From contig CAYLJV010000004.1 of NCBI GenBank assembly GCA_964384105.1, positions 32,001 to 96,000 on the forward strand: a stretch of DNA of 64,000 bases, written 5' to 3'. The DNA comes from Candidatus Hadarchaeota archaeon. GTDB lineage: Archaea > Hadarchaeota > Hadarchaeia > Hadarchaeales > JAGGTB01. Under the pieces are notes generated by a model that saw nothing but the letters and a program-made list of their open reading frames with translations, ran no database searches and was not told where the DNA came from. Position numbers and translations under genes: made by a program. Numbering within the stretch: position 1 is the first letter of the stretch; the number at the start of each line of letters is the position of its first letter. Below, piece by piece: positions 39,153-49,350 of this stretch.

Positions 39153-40775
39153 CTAGGATGTAATTCTTTCCATAAATTTCTGAGGATCTTTGTAGTATTG
39201 ATGAATCACTTTACCCACTTTTTCAATGTCTCTAATTTCTTCTTCTTTCATCCACTCTAATATTGCCGCCCTTCTCTTGATTTCTTTTTCTATATCTCTT
39301 CCTCCGACTCCGGCGAAATCGGCTATCGATTTCTTTATTGTGCTTGGCACTCCTGTGGATTCTAATGTATCTTTTTTAGGATCCCATTTATATACTCGAC
39401 TTAACTGTGGTTTTCCATTTTCCATACCAGATACTTCAGCGATTTCGGTTATTCTTCGAGTACTTCCTTCTCCATGTCTCTGAATTCTCTGTTGCATTAC
39501 TATGGCGTCTAAAGCAGAAATCATCATTTCTGGCACGCTCATAGGTTCTTCTGTTAATCTTGTGATGGTTTCCATAGCATTGTTGGAGTGTATAGTTCCC
39601 ATACAGCCGTCATGTCCTGTGTTCATACCAGTAAACATTGTTCTGGCCTCCGGTCCTCTAACCTCGCCTACAACTATTCTATCAGGTCTCATTCTCAGTG
39701 CGTTTTTTACTAGGTCATCCATGGTTATTTCTCCTCTTCCTTCGACGTTTGGTAGCCGTGTTTCAAGCCTAATCCAGTGTTCGTGAGGTAAATTAAGTTC
39801 TGCTGTATCCTCTATTGATATTATTCGCTCCCTTTGGGGAACAAAAGCGGAAATGGCGTTCATTGTAGTGGTTTTCCCACAAGCGGTACCCCCTGCAAAG
39901 AGTATATTTGAAGGGGATACACCGTAACCTTCAGTAGCTAACCAGAGGAATGCAGCTACGTCTGAATTTAAACTACCGTAATTAATAAGATCTATTATTG
40001 TTAATGGATCCCTTCTGAACTTTCTTATAGATAGGGTGGGTCCATCCAGCGAGATAGGTGGGATAGTGGCATTTACACGACTGCCATCTGGTAATATGGC
40101 ATCGAGTAGAGGGTTTTGCTGGTCAATTCTACGACCGACATGCCTTGCGATTTTTTCGATTTGCCTGAGGAGTTCGTCTTCGTCTTTGAATATCACATTA
40201 GTGATGCACATTCCATAGTCCCGATGGTAAACGTAAGTTGGTTTCTTTGTGGAGGGAACTAGGATATCTTCGAGATCGTCGTCTTCAAGGAATATATCCA
40301 GAAGACCGAATCCGATCATATCTCTTACAATCATCCGGGCCATTTGGTTCAGTTTTTCATCGGTAATGTTTTTTGATAGCCCGCCTTGTTTGAACATTTC
40401 TTTAATTTTATCTAAGAAGATGTTTTCTCTTTCTTGATAGTCCTTAATGTTTCTTGGATCAATATCTATTCGATCAATAGCTCTTTCTCTAACCTCTTCC
40501 ATCAACTCTCTCTCAGCTTTTGATAGCTCAGGAAGTTTTACCTCATAATAAGCTTGATCTACATTTGTGCTGTAAATATCAAAATTTTCGCTACTTTTCA
40601 GCTTTTCTTCTAGTTCTATATCTCTATCCGTTTCTGTTCGTTCCTCTATTAGCTCTGCAGGTTTACTTTTTGAGACACTTAACCCAGACATGCTGGAGGA
40701 CATACTTTGAGAATTGGGATTCCCGTTTTGTTTTCTAAGTTCTTTTTCAATTTCTTTTCTATCTTTAGGCACCAT
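39153..40775 (-). CDS. pilus assembly ATPase (CpaF/TadA/FlaI family)
   Basis: GGTACGKTT Walker A, IEDTAEL, LRMRPDRIVVGEVRG, TGHDGCMGTIH. Confidence 0.93.
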   Translation of the reverse strand: MVPKDRKEIEKELRKQNGNPNSQSMSSSMSGLSVSKSKPAELIEERTETDRDIELEEKLKSSENFDIYSTNVDQAYYEVKLPELSKAERELMEEVRERAIDRIDIDPRNIKDYQERENIFLDKIKEMFKQGGLSKNITDEKLNQMARMIVRDMIGFGLLDIFLEDDDLEDILVPSTKKPTYVYHRDYGMCITNVIFKDEDELLRQIEKIARHVGRRIDQQNPLLDAILPDGSRVNATIPPISLDGPTLSIRKFRRDPLTIIDLINYGSLNSDVAAFLWLATEGYGVSPSNILFAGGTACGKTTTMNAISAFVPQRERIISIEDTAELNLPHEHWIRLETRLPNVEGRGEITMDDLVKNALRMRPDRIVVGEVRGPEARTMFTGMNTGHDGCMGTIHSNNAMETITRLTEEPMSVPEMMISALDAIVMQQRIQRHGEGSTRRITEIAEVSGMENGKPQLSRVYKWDPKKDTLESTGVPSTIKKSIADFAGVGGRDIEKEIKRRAAILEWMKEEEIRDIEKVGKVIHQYYKDPQKFMERITS

Positions 40776-40860
40776 TAGCCCTCCTTATGGGTCTTATCTT
40801 CTTTCTTAGTTATAATATTGGTTATAGACTGATGATTTAGAGCGAACAACATTTTTTCTA

Positions 40861-41973
40861 TCATCTATTATTTGGAGAGATCCCAAAAGCGATGTATTTT
40901 TTGGCTTTTTCAAGCTTTTTTATATGCTCTTTAGTTTCTTTTACCAGTCTTTCAACAATTTCAAAATAGCTATCGGGGGTACTACCTTTCCAGGAACTTT
41001 CGATTAGAGGTCTCTCTGTCAGAGAAAGTAATTTTTTATAAACATCTAAAACTAGGTTTTCTTTTTCCATTAGTTCTGTGAGTATATCCTCTTCATCTTT
41101 CATCTTTATTTTGAAATCTTCTAATTCAGAGTCGTCAACGTATTGGTTGAGTTCCATCTCACCGAGATTCCTACTAACTTTTTCTAACAAAGATTTATGT
41201 TCTGCTGTATTCTTTGCGAGTTCGAATAAAATTTCACTGTGTTTATCTACTTTTTTATAAGCTCTCCAAAGTCTAGAGAGCATAAGTTGAGATTCTGACC
41301 AAGCGTAGCCAATGAATGTTTGAAGAACGTCCAAATTGACTTTTTCTGCTTCTTCTTCTAGTTCAGATTCTCTAATAGTTTCTACTTGTTCTATCAAATC
41401 GGCTCCTTCCTTGGCTCCTTTTATGGCATTATCCAACTTTTCCTTTTCTTTTTCCGGAATTTCCAATTTTTTTAGATTTTCCAATTGCTCACGAATATCT
41501 TCGATCTTGTTTTTTAAATCCCGACTAAGTAGCAGATTTAAGAATTCGTTCCTTTCTTTTATCCATTTGTGTTCGGCTACCTGTAAGATTGCATCGGCGA
41601 GTACTGCATATTGAGATTTCGGTTCTCCGCCCTTCTGAAAGTATCGGTCAGCCCCTAAGTTCAATGCCTTCATTGCAGCTTCTTCTTTACCTTTCCCGGT
41701 AAGTATTATGAATGGAATATCATTGTTCTTTTCCCTAAGTGTTCTTAAAAGGTCAATTCCGTTCATTTCGGGCATTTTATAGTCTGAAACTATTATTTGA
41801 AATTCTTCATTTTCTAGAAGTTCGAGTCCCTCTTCAGCTGACGTTGCAGTTTCTATGTCAAGCTTCTCGTCCTGTTTTTCTAGAAATATTTTTGCTTGTT
41901 CGGTTATATCCGGTTCATCATCTATGAATAATACTCTTATCTGCTTTGAACCGCCCGCTTTTGAATCATTCAT
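40861..41973 (-). CDS. response regulator fused to a degenerate HisKA and a ferritin-like domain
   Basis: IDDEPD/SDYKMP receiver; LLSRDLKNKI lacks the His; helical C-terminus with AEH and ETKEH motifs. Confidence 0.8.
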   Translation of the reverse strand: MNDSKAGGSKQIRVLFIDDEPDITEQAKIFLEKQDEKLDIETATSAEEGLELLENEEFQIIVSDYKMPEMNGIDLLRTLREKNNDIPFIILTGKGKEEAAMKALNLGADRYFQKGGEPKSQYAVLADAILQVAEHKWIKERNEFLNLLLSRDLKNKIEDIREQLENLKKLEIPEKEKEKLDNAIKGAKEGADLIEQVETIRESELEEEAEKVNLDVLQTFIGYAWSESQLMLSRLWRAYKKVDKHSEILFELAKNTAEHKSLLEKVSRNLGEMELNQYVDDSELEDFKIKMKDEEDILTELMEKENLVLDVYKKLLSLTERPLIESSWKGSTPDSYFEIVERLVKETKEHIKKLEKAKKYIAFGISPNNR

Positions 41974-42344
41974 CCTTCTTTCACCAATCTGACTTTAACT
42001 ATGAAGTGCATTCTTTTTAATTTGATAGATTACTTGTTATCAGTACTATTTGTAAGCATTAGAACCGCTTCAATCTTTAATAAATCAACCAATATTAATT
42101 TTCGGTCTATTAAAAAATAGCAAATCCGACAGGATTTTCGATTACTTTCCGAGTGTCATGGTTACTAATTTATTGATTTACTGTACAATTACTCTTCATT
42201 TGCCAAGTTTAATACCTATTTATTAGATAGAACTTTTCGTGAGTGATAAATTCTCAGACTGGATAGTGTAGGACTGCTAGAAAAGACAAGTATTGACTGA
42301 AGTTGTTGAGCTTTTTGGAACTCTATGTATTTGGAGGTTAGAGT

Positions 42345-42980
42345 TCATTCTTCCTGAGGTATGAGAAGCTTTCCCGTGCCGTCCCAGACGGTAGTTGCGT
42401 AGAACAGTACCTCGCCGGCCTGTTGATGTACTATAAGGGTGCCCCCAAAATCTCCCGCAGGATAGGAGTAAACATAATAGGGGTGCAACAAGCTGACGTC
42501 TTCTTTTTGGATAGTTCTCTCACTATAATCCAGTTCGGCAATCTTTTCATCCATAAGTTCGATCCCATCTTCCAACCGAAAGTTTTCAATCTCGCTGTAG
42601 CTTGACTTGTATGCTTTCTTTAGTTGATTGGTCTCATAATCCAGCCTAAATATAGCTATTTTCACTTCTTCGTCAGTGTTAGAGGATAGTACTACAATTG
42701 CCTCTGCCTTACTTGGATCAAACACACCAACGCTGTAAGGATGGATATAGATCAAGGCTGTTGTTTTGCTTTCCTGAGTCACATACTCGGCTTCCTCTAG
42801 GTCCCTTACCTCTTCCCAAATATGTTCTGCATTATCGACTGAAGGTCCCTCGGGAGTCGTATAAATTCGGATGGTAGGTTTTGTATGTTCTCCTTCCTGG
42901 TCACCCAAAAAAGATAGCGTGAATACTAGCCCTGAGATTATGAAGAGTGCTATTGCTATCAGTATGATTTTGTTTTTCAT
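42345..42980 (-). CDS. secreted or membrane-anchored hypothetical protein
   Basis: N-terminal hydrophobic signal, 211 aa. Confidence 0.7.
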   Translation of the reverse strand: MKNKIILIAIALFIISGLVFTLSFLGDQEGEHTKPTIRIYTTPEGPSVDNAEHIWEEVRDLEEAEYVTQESKTTALIYIHPYSVGVFDPSKAEAIVVLSSNTDEEVKIAIFRLDYETNQLKKAYKSSYSEIENFRLEDGIELMDEKIAELDYSERTIQKEDVSLLHPYYVYSYPAGDFGGTLIVHQQAGEVLFYATTVWDGTGKLLIPQEE

Positions 42981-43271
42981 TTCTCTATATTGAGATTTTG
43001 TCTTTGGAATTATTTATATTCAGTTTATGATGAATTATTTTGATATACAAACTGGCCCAAATTTAAGAGTGTCTAAAAATCTCCATTTTTTGTTCCTAGG
43101 ATAATTCGAGGGTAGTAGAAAGTTTCTAGAGGGGAGGAAGAAATTACTTTTTTAAATAGCTGAAATAATAAAGATAAGGACTGAAATTGGAGTAGGAGAA
43201 ACTCATAAATTTGTAGTTAACTGGGTTAAAGACTAAATAAACAGGAAAGAATGTTAAGTAGGTGTTGAGAT

Positions 43272-43541
43272 ATGGATTTAGAAGTTAAGGTTATGATGGT
43301 ATTCGTAGTCTTTTCGGTGATAATAGGAGTAATATCAGGAATTGCAGAACTAACAGGCTATCAAGGATTTTTATTGGCTTTAGTCTTCTTCTACGTTTCT
43401 TATAGAGTGGCACCTAGGGTATTCAAGGATCAAGAGGGTATCGAGGACCTCAGCAGAGGAGATATACTAAAGACGGCGGTAATACCTTATTGGTTCCTTT
43501 GGCTAGTACTCTGGACGCTGACATATACCTTAACATTGTGA
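43272..43541 (+). CDS. small 3-TM membrane protein (DUF5379/EMC6-like)
   Basis: Three TM segments ending PYWFLWLVLWTLTY. Confidence 0.6.
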   Translation: MDLEVKVMMVFVVFSVIIGVISGIAELTGYQGFLLALVFFYVSYRVAPRVFKDQEGIEDLSRGDILKTAVIPYWFLWLVLWTLTYTLTL

Positions 43542-43621
43542 AAATATTTGTATGGGCGTTGGACCAAAGTCTTTTTAGCTAATTTTTGGGCTTCTTTGAT
43601 AGAGAAACAGGAGCTGATTGA

Positions 43622-45211
43622 TTGGATTATATAGAGCATCCTCTGATAAAAGAGAATTCTATCGAAGCCCGAGTTTATCAACAGGTGATATTCGATTCTG
43701 TGAGGAAAGAAAACTCCTTAGTTGTTCTTCCAACTGGCTTAGGAAAGACTCAAATAGCCATAATGTTAGCTGCACAAAGAATTACGAACTTCCCTGACCT
43801 TGATGTCTTAATGATGGCACCCACTAGACCACTAGTTCTTCAACACAGAGAAACCTTTAGCGGATTGATGACCCTGGCTTCTGACGATTTTAGTGTTGTA
43901 ACTGGAAGGATATCTCCTCAGGAACGAAAGAGTGTCTGGAATAAAGGAAAGGTGTTTTTTGCTACACCTCAGACTGTCGAGAGAGATATCGTTTCTGGAA
44001 GAGTTTCTTTAGACAATTTTTCACTATTGATTTTCGATGAGGCTCACAGAGCAGTTGGAGATTATCCCTATGGATTCATAGCTGAGAGTTACGAATCCGA
44101 GGCGGAAGAACCTCTCATACTTGGCCTTACTGCTTCTCCAGGGGGTACTTCTGAGAGAATAAAGAAAGTGAAAGAAAATTTGTGTATACGTAATGTAGAA
44201 GTTCGGTCGGATGAAGACTCTACAGTAAAACCTTATGTCCAGCCAGTGGAGCTGGAGAGAGTACTTCTGGATCTGCCTGAACCTGTTGCAAAGATAAAGA
44301 AATTCCTCGAAAAGCAACTGAAGGATCATTTGAAAGAGTTAAAGAAGATGGGATTTCTTGATTCCATTCAAAATGTTGGAAAGAAGGACTTATTGGATGT
44401 TCAAAAGAAGATCAAAAAAGGTCAGAAGGAGATGGGGCCCTCCCCACCTAGGCGATTCTTCACTGGGATGATGGAGCAGGCTGCATCCTTTAGGCTATCT
44501 CACTGTATCGAGCTGCTGGAATCTCAGGGCTTGAACTCTCTGAAAAACTATCTGGATAAAATTTCGAACCAGGTAAATAAGCAGGGTGCTTCTAAATCCT
44601 TGAAATTACTTTTACGGGATCCTAGAATGAAGAAAGTAATCAATTTGGTGGAGAGCTCCGCTGGCAGAGTAGAAAATCCGAAGTTGGAAAAGGCGAAGCA
44701 GATAATCATGAAACAAGTAACTGAGAAGCCGAATTCAAGGATAATTTTATTTGCTCACTATAGAGATTCTGCCAGCCAGCTTGTAGATTCATTCGAAGAT
44801 TTGAACGGTGTTCGACCGGTTAAGTTCATTGGACAGGCCGATCGAGGTGAAGAAAGCGGTTTAAGTCAGAAGGAACAGGAAAATATTTTAGAAAAATTTA
44901 GAGAGGGGTTTTACAACCTCCTTGTTTCCACAGCTGTGGGTGAAGAAGGCCTCGATATACCAGGGGTCGACCTGGCAATTTTCTATGAGGCGGTACCCAG
45001 TGAGATTAGGAGCATACAGAGGAGGGGTAGAACCGGTCGAAAAAGACCTGGTCGGGTGGTAGTTTTGTTGATGAAAGGAACCCGTGACGAGGCCTTTTAT
45101 TGGTCCGCATATCATAAGGAAAAGAGGATGAAGGAGACGCTCAGAGAGATGAAAAAAGGTGGAGATAAAGATAAACAACAGAAGTCGCTTGAGAGTTTTG
45201 AGGGGAATTAG
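43622..45211 (+). CDS. hef: Hef/FANCM-type DEAH helicase domain
   Basis: IEARVYQ, LPTGLGKT, FDEAHRA, GLTASPG, GEEGLDIP, IQRRGRTGR. Confidence 0.92.
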   Translation: MDYIEHPLIKENSIEARVYQQVIFDSVRKENSLVVLPTGLGKTQIAIMLAAQRITNFPDLDVLMMAPTRPLVLQHRETFSGLMTLASDDFSVVTGRISPQERKSVWNKGKVFFATPQTVERDIVSGRVSLDNFSLLIFDEAHRAVGDYPYGFIAESYESEAEEPLILGLTASPGGTSERIKKVKENLCIRNVEVRSDEDSTVKPYVQPVELERVLLDLPEPVAKIKKFLEKQLKDHLKELKKMGFLDSIQNVGKKDLLDVQKKIKKGQKEMGPSPPRRFFTGMMEQAASFRLSHCIELLESQGLNSLKNYLDKISNQVNKQGASKSLKLLLRDPRMKKVINLVESSAGRVENPKLEKAKQIIMKQVTEKPNSRIILFAHYRDSASQLVDSFEDLNGVRPVKFIGQADRGEESGLSQKEQENILEKFREGFYNLLVSTAVGEEGLDIPGVDLAIFYEAVPSEIRSIQRRGRTGRKRPGRVVVLLMKGTRDEAFYWSAYHKEKRMKETLREMKKGGDKDKQQKSLESFEGN

Positions 45212-45865
45212 TTGAAGGTAATCGTAGATCATCGTGAAGCTTCTTCGAGAGTGATAAGGGAAATTTACCGTCTCGATTTGGAAGTGGATATGCAACAGTT
45301 AGAAGTCGGAGATTATATTCTCAGCGAAAGGGTTGGAGTTGAGAGAAAAACGGTTCGAGACTTTTTGCAGTCTCTGATCGATGGAAGACTATTGGGACAG
45401 TCTAGAGATTTAGCGGAGTCTTTTGAACGCCCCTTAATGATTATAGAGGGAAACGGTCTATATACGGAGAGAAATATTCACCCAAATGCCATAAGAGGTG
45501 CTCTTGCCTGTATAACCGTTGATTATCACATACCAACTATTTTCACTGAAGACGAAACGGAAACTGCTCAGATAATTGCTTCTATAGCAGGTAGAGAGCA
45601 AAAGGATCGGAAGAGTGACATACCAATCCGCTGTCAAAGAAAGGTGCTTTCGCTGCCAGAGTTACAGCGGTTTGTGGTCGAGGGTTTACCAGGCGTTTCA
45701 GCAGTTCTAACAAAGCGTCTTTTGAATCATTTTGGCTCTGTTGAGAAAGTTATGGATGCTTCTAAGGATGAGTTAAAAGAAGTTCATGGAATCGGAGAAG
45801 AAAAGGCGAAAGAGATCAGAAGGATTTTGGAAGCTGAATATGTGGAAGAGGGAACAGAGCATTAG
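45212..45865 (+). CDS. XPF/ERCC4 nuclease-HhH domain
   Basis: VDHRE, GDY, ERKT..DF, twin HhH (LPGVS, VHGIG). Confidence 0.92.
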   Translation: MKVIVDHREASSRVIREIYRLDLEVDMQQLEVGDYILSERVGVERKTVRDFLQSLIDGRLLGQSRDLAESFERPLMIIEGNGLYTERNIHPNAIRGALACITVDYHIPTIFTEDETETAQIIASIAGREQKDRKSDIPIRCQRKVLSLPELQRFVVEGLPGVSAVLTKRLLNHFGSVEKVMDASKDELKEVHGIGEEKAKEIRRILEAEYVEEGTEH

Positions 45866-45868
45866 AAA

Positions 45869-46513
45869 TTATTTCTGTCCGTAATCTTTGGAATACATCT
45901 TCGTCATTTTTTCTACGTCATCTTTGCTCAGCTTATGTGGTGATCCTAAAAGTTTGGAAAAAACATGGATCTTGGCGCTCTTCTCAGTTATCTCAGCTAC
46001 CTTTAGCGCCTCTTTCATGTCTTCTCCAACAGCTACCACTCCGTGGTTGGCTAGGAGTACGGCTTTTTTGTTGCCGAGTGCACTCATAGCAGAGTCAGCT
46101 AAATCCTTAGTACCGGGTAATTTGTATTCAGCCGTTTCTACACTTCCACCTACTATCTGAACCATATCCTCGACAATTGGGGGAATATCCTTTCTGCTGC
46201 AAGCTACAGCACTTGCGAAGGTAGAATGAGTGTGAACAATAGCGTTCACGTCTTTTCTCGATTTATATATCTTAGTATGAAGTTGATATTCGGTTGAGGG
46301 TTTTCTTTTTCCTTCTTTTATTTCACCGGCGAGATTCAGGATTACTATGTCTTCCTCGCCTACTTCCGTATAATCTATTCCAGAAGGGGTTATGGCGATT
46401 TTTTCCGGTTCTTTTTCAAGTCTGTGGCTTAGATTTCCCCAAGTACCTGCTACTAATCCTCTTTCGTAAATCTTTATTCCAGATTTTACCAATTCTTTCT
46501 TTTCGTTTACCAT
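45869..46513 (-). CDS. class II aldolase (FucA-like)
   Basis: GNLS, ITPSG, PSTEYQLH, VHTHS, LANHGV. Confidence 0.9.
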   Translation of the reverse strand: MVNEKKELVKSGIKIYERGLVAGTWGNLSHRLEKEPEKIAITPSGIDYTEVGEEDIVILNLAGEIKEGKRKPSTEYQLHTKIYKSRKDVNAIVHTHSTFASAVACSRKDIPPIVEDMVQIVGGSVETAEYKLPGTKDLADSAMSALGNKKAVLLANHGVVAVGEDMKEALKVAEITEKSAKIHVFSKLLGSPHKLSKDDVEKMTKMYSKDYGQK

Positions 46514-46529
46514 GTCTCTTCCTTCAAAA

Positions 46530-47687
46530 TTAGAGAGAAGATACTGCTTTTTCTAGTCTTGCTAGGGCCTCTTCGATGTTTTCTACGGAGTTTGCGTAAC
46601 TCATTCGGATATGCCCTTCCCCAGCTGGTCCAAAGGCACTGCCGGGGGTTGTTGCTACTCCCGCTTCTTTGAGTAGGTGTTTGCAAAGGTCCATAGATTT
46701 CATCCCTAGGTCTTCAATGTTAGGAAATACATAGAATGCACCATCTGGTTTTACACAGTTAATACCGGCTATAGAATTCAGACCATCGACTATAACGTCT
46801 CTTCGTTTCTTGTATTCTCCAACCATTTTACTAACGCAGTCCTGAGACCCTTCTAAAGCGGTTACACCCGCATACTGGGCGAATGAGGTGGGACAAGTTG
46901 TGGAATTTTGTTGGATTTTAATCATTTCTGAAATAATATCTTTATCTGCCGCAGTGTAGCCCAATCTCCATCCGGTCATGGAGTAAGTCTTGGAAAAACC
47001 ATTAATGTATATGGTCCGATCTCTGTGTTCTTCGAATGAAGCAATACTGACTATATCATTATCATAGCTTATTTCATCGTAGACTTCGTCGGTTAGTATC
47101 CAGAGGTCGTGATCCGAGGCGAGGTCTGCTAGAGCTTTGAGATCTCTCTTTTCTAATACTGCTCCGGTTGGATTGTTTGGGTAATTAAGTAGTATCAGTT
47201 TAGTTTTCGAAGATATTTTCTCTTTCACATCTTCTGCTTTCAGTCTGTATCCCTCTTCTTCACTAGCTTCGACAAATACTGGTTTTGCGTTTATTATCCT
47301 TGTCATTCCTTCGTAGGTCCAGCATGGGGTTGGTAATATTACCTCATCATCTGGGTCTAGTGTGACTGTCATAGAAGAAAATAGGGATTTTTTTGCTCCT
47401 GGAGTGACTATTATTTCCTCGGGACTCCTATCTATTCCCTTTTCACTTATTTTTTTGGAGATAGCTTTTCGGAGTTTCGGTATTCCCGCACTCGAGGTGT
47501 ATCCTATCTTACCTTCGTCAAGAGCTTTTTTTGCACTTTCTTTAATGTGTTCAGGGGTATCAAAATCAGGTTGACCCACTTCTAAATGTACGATATCTTT
47601 TCCGTCCGCTTCTAGTTTATTTGCCAGTGAAAGTATTTCAAGAGTGCCAGAACCGGGCACATCTTTCATACGATTTGCTATTCTAAT
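46530..47687 (-). CDS. class I/II PLP-dependent (aspartate) aminotransferase
   Basis: GQPDF, NYPNNPTG, DEVY, SKTYSMTGWRLG; probable ATT start at 47687 (first ATG 47669). Confidence 0.92.
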   Translation of the reverse strand: MRIANRMKDVPGSGTLEILSLANKLEADGKDIVHLEVGQPDFDTPEHIKESAKKALDEGKIGYTSSAGIPKLRKAISKKISEKGIDRSPEEIIVTPGAKKSLFSSMTVTLDPDDEVILPTPCWTYEGMTRIINAKPVFVEASEEEGYRLKAEDVKEKISSKTKLILLNYPNNPTGAVLEKRDLKALADLASDHDLWILTDEVYDEISYDNDIVSIASFEEHRDRTIYINGFSKTYSMTGWRLGYTAADKDIISEMIKIQQNSTTCPTSFAQYAGVTALEGSQDCVSKMVGEYKKRRDVIVDGLNSIAGINCVKPDGAFYVFPNIEDLGMKSMDLCKHLLKEAGVATTPGSAFGPAGEGHIRMSYANSVENIEEALARLEKAVSSL

Positions 47688-47740
47688 CTTAATCTCCCGC
47701 TAAAGTTTTACGATTGTATGTATAAGTTTTCTTCGATTAT

Positions 47741-49321
47741 ATGCATTGGGCAGATCAGGTTGCAGAGGAACTCAAAAACAGGCCAAAGGAAGACCATGTC
47801 GTAGCTAGCGGTATCTCGATTTCGGGTAATATCCATATTGGTCATTCTAATGACGTGTTTATTGCTGATGCGATTAGACGGGCCTTAGGGGAAATAGATG
47901 TTGAGGCTCAGGCGTTGTGGTATGCGGACGATTTTGATCCAATGCGGAGGGTCCCGTGGCCACTTTCCGAGGAGGATTACAAGGAGTATTTAGGCATGCC
48001 ATATGTGGATATTCCCTCTCCTGACCCCGACTACGAGAGCTTTGTAGATTATTTTGAGAAGCCATTCCTAGAATCTCTGGACGATTTTGGGATAAAGGTA
48101 GATATCTATTCTTCATACGAGATCTATCAGAGTGGAAAACTAGTCGATCAGATCAGAACTTCATTGGAAAATTCTGAAAAGATTCGAGTTATCCTTAATA
48201 AGTTCAGATCTAACAACCTCCCGAAAGATTGGCTCCCTTACGATGCAGTCTGTGAGAACTGCGGTAGGATAGCTACCACTCGAGCTTACGATTGGGAGGG
48301 CAATTACGTTTATTATGTCTGTGAAGGCGCGGATTATGTGGAAGGATGTGGATATGAGGGAAAAGCGGATTATACTAAAGGTGAGGGTAAGCTAACCTGG
48401 CGTGTTGAGTGGCCGGCCCGCTGGAAGATGTTGGGGGTTACTTGTGAACCCTTTGGCAAAGACCACGCTGCCGCTGGTGGTAGCTATGATACAGGGAAGT
48501 TAATTGCGAAGGAAGTCTTTGACTATAAACCACCTGAGCCGATTCCTTACGAGTGGATAAGTATGAAAGGTAAGCCACTTTCCTCTTCTAAGGGACGGGT
48601 CTTTACTTTGAAGGAGTGGCTGGAGGTCGCTGACCCAGAATTACTCAGGTACTTTATCTTTAGAAGCAAGGCTATGAAGGCGAAGGATTTCGATCCGGGC
48701 CTTCCTCTTCTTGAACTCTATAAGGAGTATAGGCAATTGGAGAAGGTTTACTTTGGAAAGGATGAGGCCAAGGAGAGTCGAGAAGAGCAGTTGAACAGAA
48801 TATATGAACTCTCTCAGGTCGAGGATGTTCCTAAGAAGTATCCTCAGAGAATTCCTTTCAGTTTGGCTACTATAATGATCCAAGTGGCTAGAGATTCGGA
48901 CCATGTCATCAGGATACTCAAGAGGAAGGGTGTTCTTGAGAATCCTACGAATTGGGAAATTAAACAAGCGGAGGAGCGGCTCGAGAGGGCTGAGAATTGG
49001 GTGGAGAAGTACGCTCCAGATAATGTACGATTGGAGATACTGAAAGAAGTTAGCGAAGAAATAAAGGAGAATCTTTCGCCAAAACAAAAAGAATGTCTTT
49101 CTTCTTTGGCTAAGGATCTTTCAGAGAGGGATTATGGCCCTGAAGAAATTCATAATAGGGTGTATGAAACCGCTCGAGAGAATGATTTAAAACCTGTTAA
49201 ACTCTTTCAAGCTATTTACAAAGTATTGTTGGGCCAAAAGTATGGTCCACGGGTAGGAAACTTCCTTACAGCTCTTGAGGACGAATTTGTTATTGAAAGA
49301 TTCAATAATGCCGCAAACTGA
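47741..49321 (+). CDS. lysS: class I lysyl-tRNA synthetase
   Basis: MHWAD, SGNIHIGH, Zn-binding CxxC, KLTWRVEWPARW, EPFGKDH, LSSSKG. Confidence 0.96.
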   Translation: MHWADQVAEELKNRPKEDHVVASGISISGNIHIGHSNDVFIADAIRRALGEIDVEAQALWYADDFDPMRRVPWPLSEEDYKEYLGMPYVDIPSPDPDYESFVDYFEKPFLESLDDFGIKVDIYSSYEIYQSGKLVDQIRTSLENSEKIRVILNKFRSNNLPKDWLPYDAVCENCGRIATTRAYDWEGNYVYYVCEGADYVEGCGYEGKADYTKGEGKLTWRVEWPARWKMLGVTCEPFGKDHAAAGGSYDTGKLIAKEVFDYKPPEPIPYEWISMKGKPLSSSKGRVFTLKEWLEVADPELLRYFIFRSKAMKAKDFDPGLPLLELYKEYRQLEKVYFGKDEAKESREEQLNRIYELSQVEDVPKKYPQRIPFSLATIMIQVARDSDHVIRILKRKGVLENPTNWEIKQAEERLERAENWVEKYAPDNVRLEILKEVSEEIKENLSPKQKECLSSLAKDLSERDYGPEEIHNRVYETARENDLKPVKLFQAIYKVLLGQKYGPRVGNFLTALEDEFVIERFNNAAN

Positions 49322-49350
49322 CTTTTTTAAAACTTAATTTTATTCGATTA

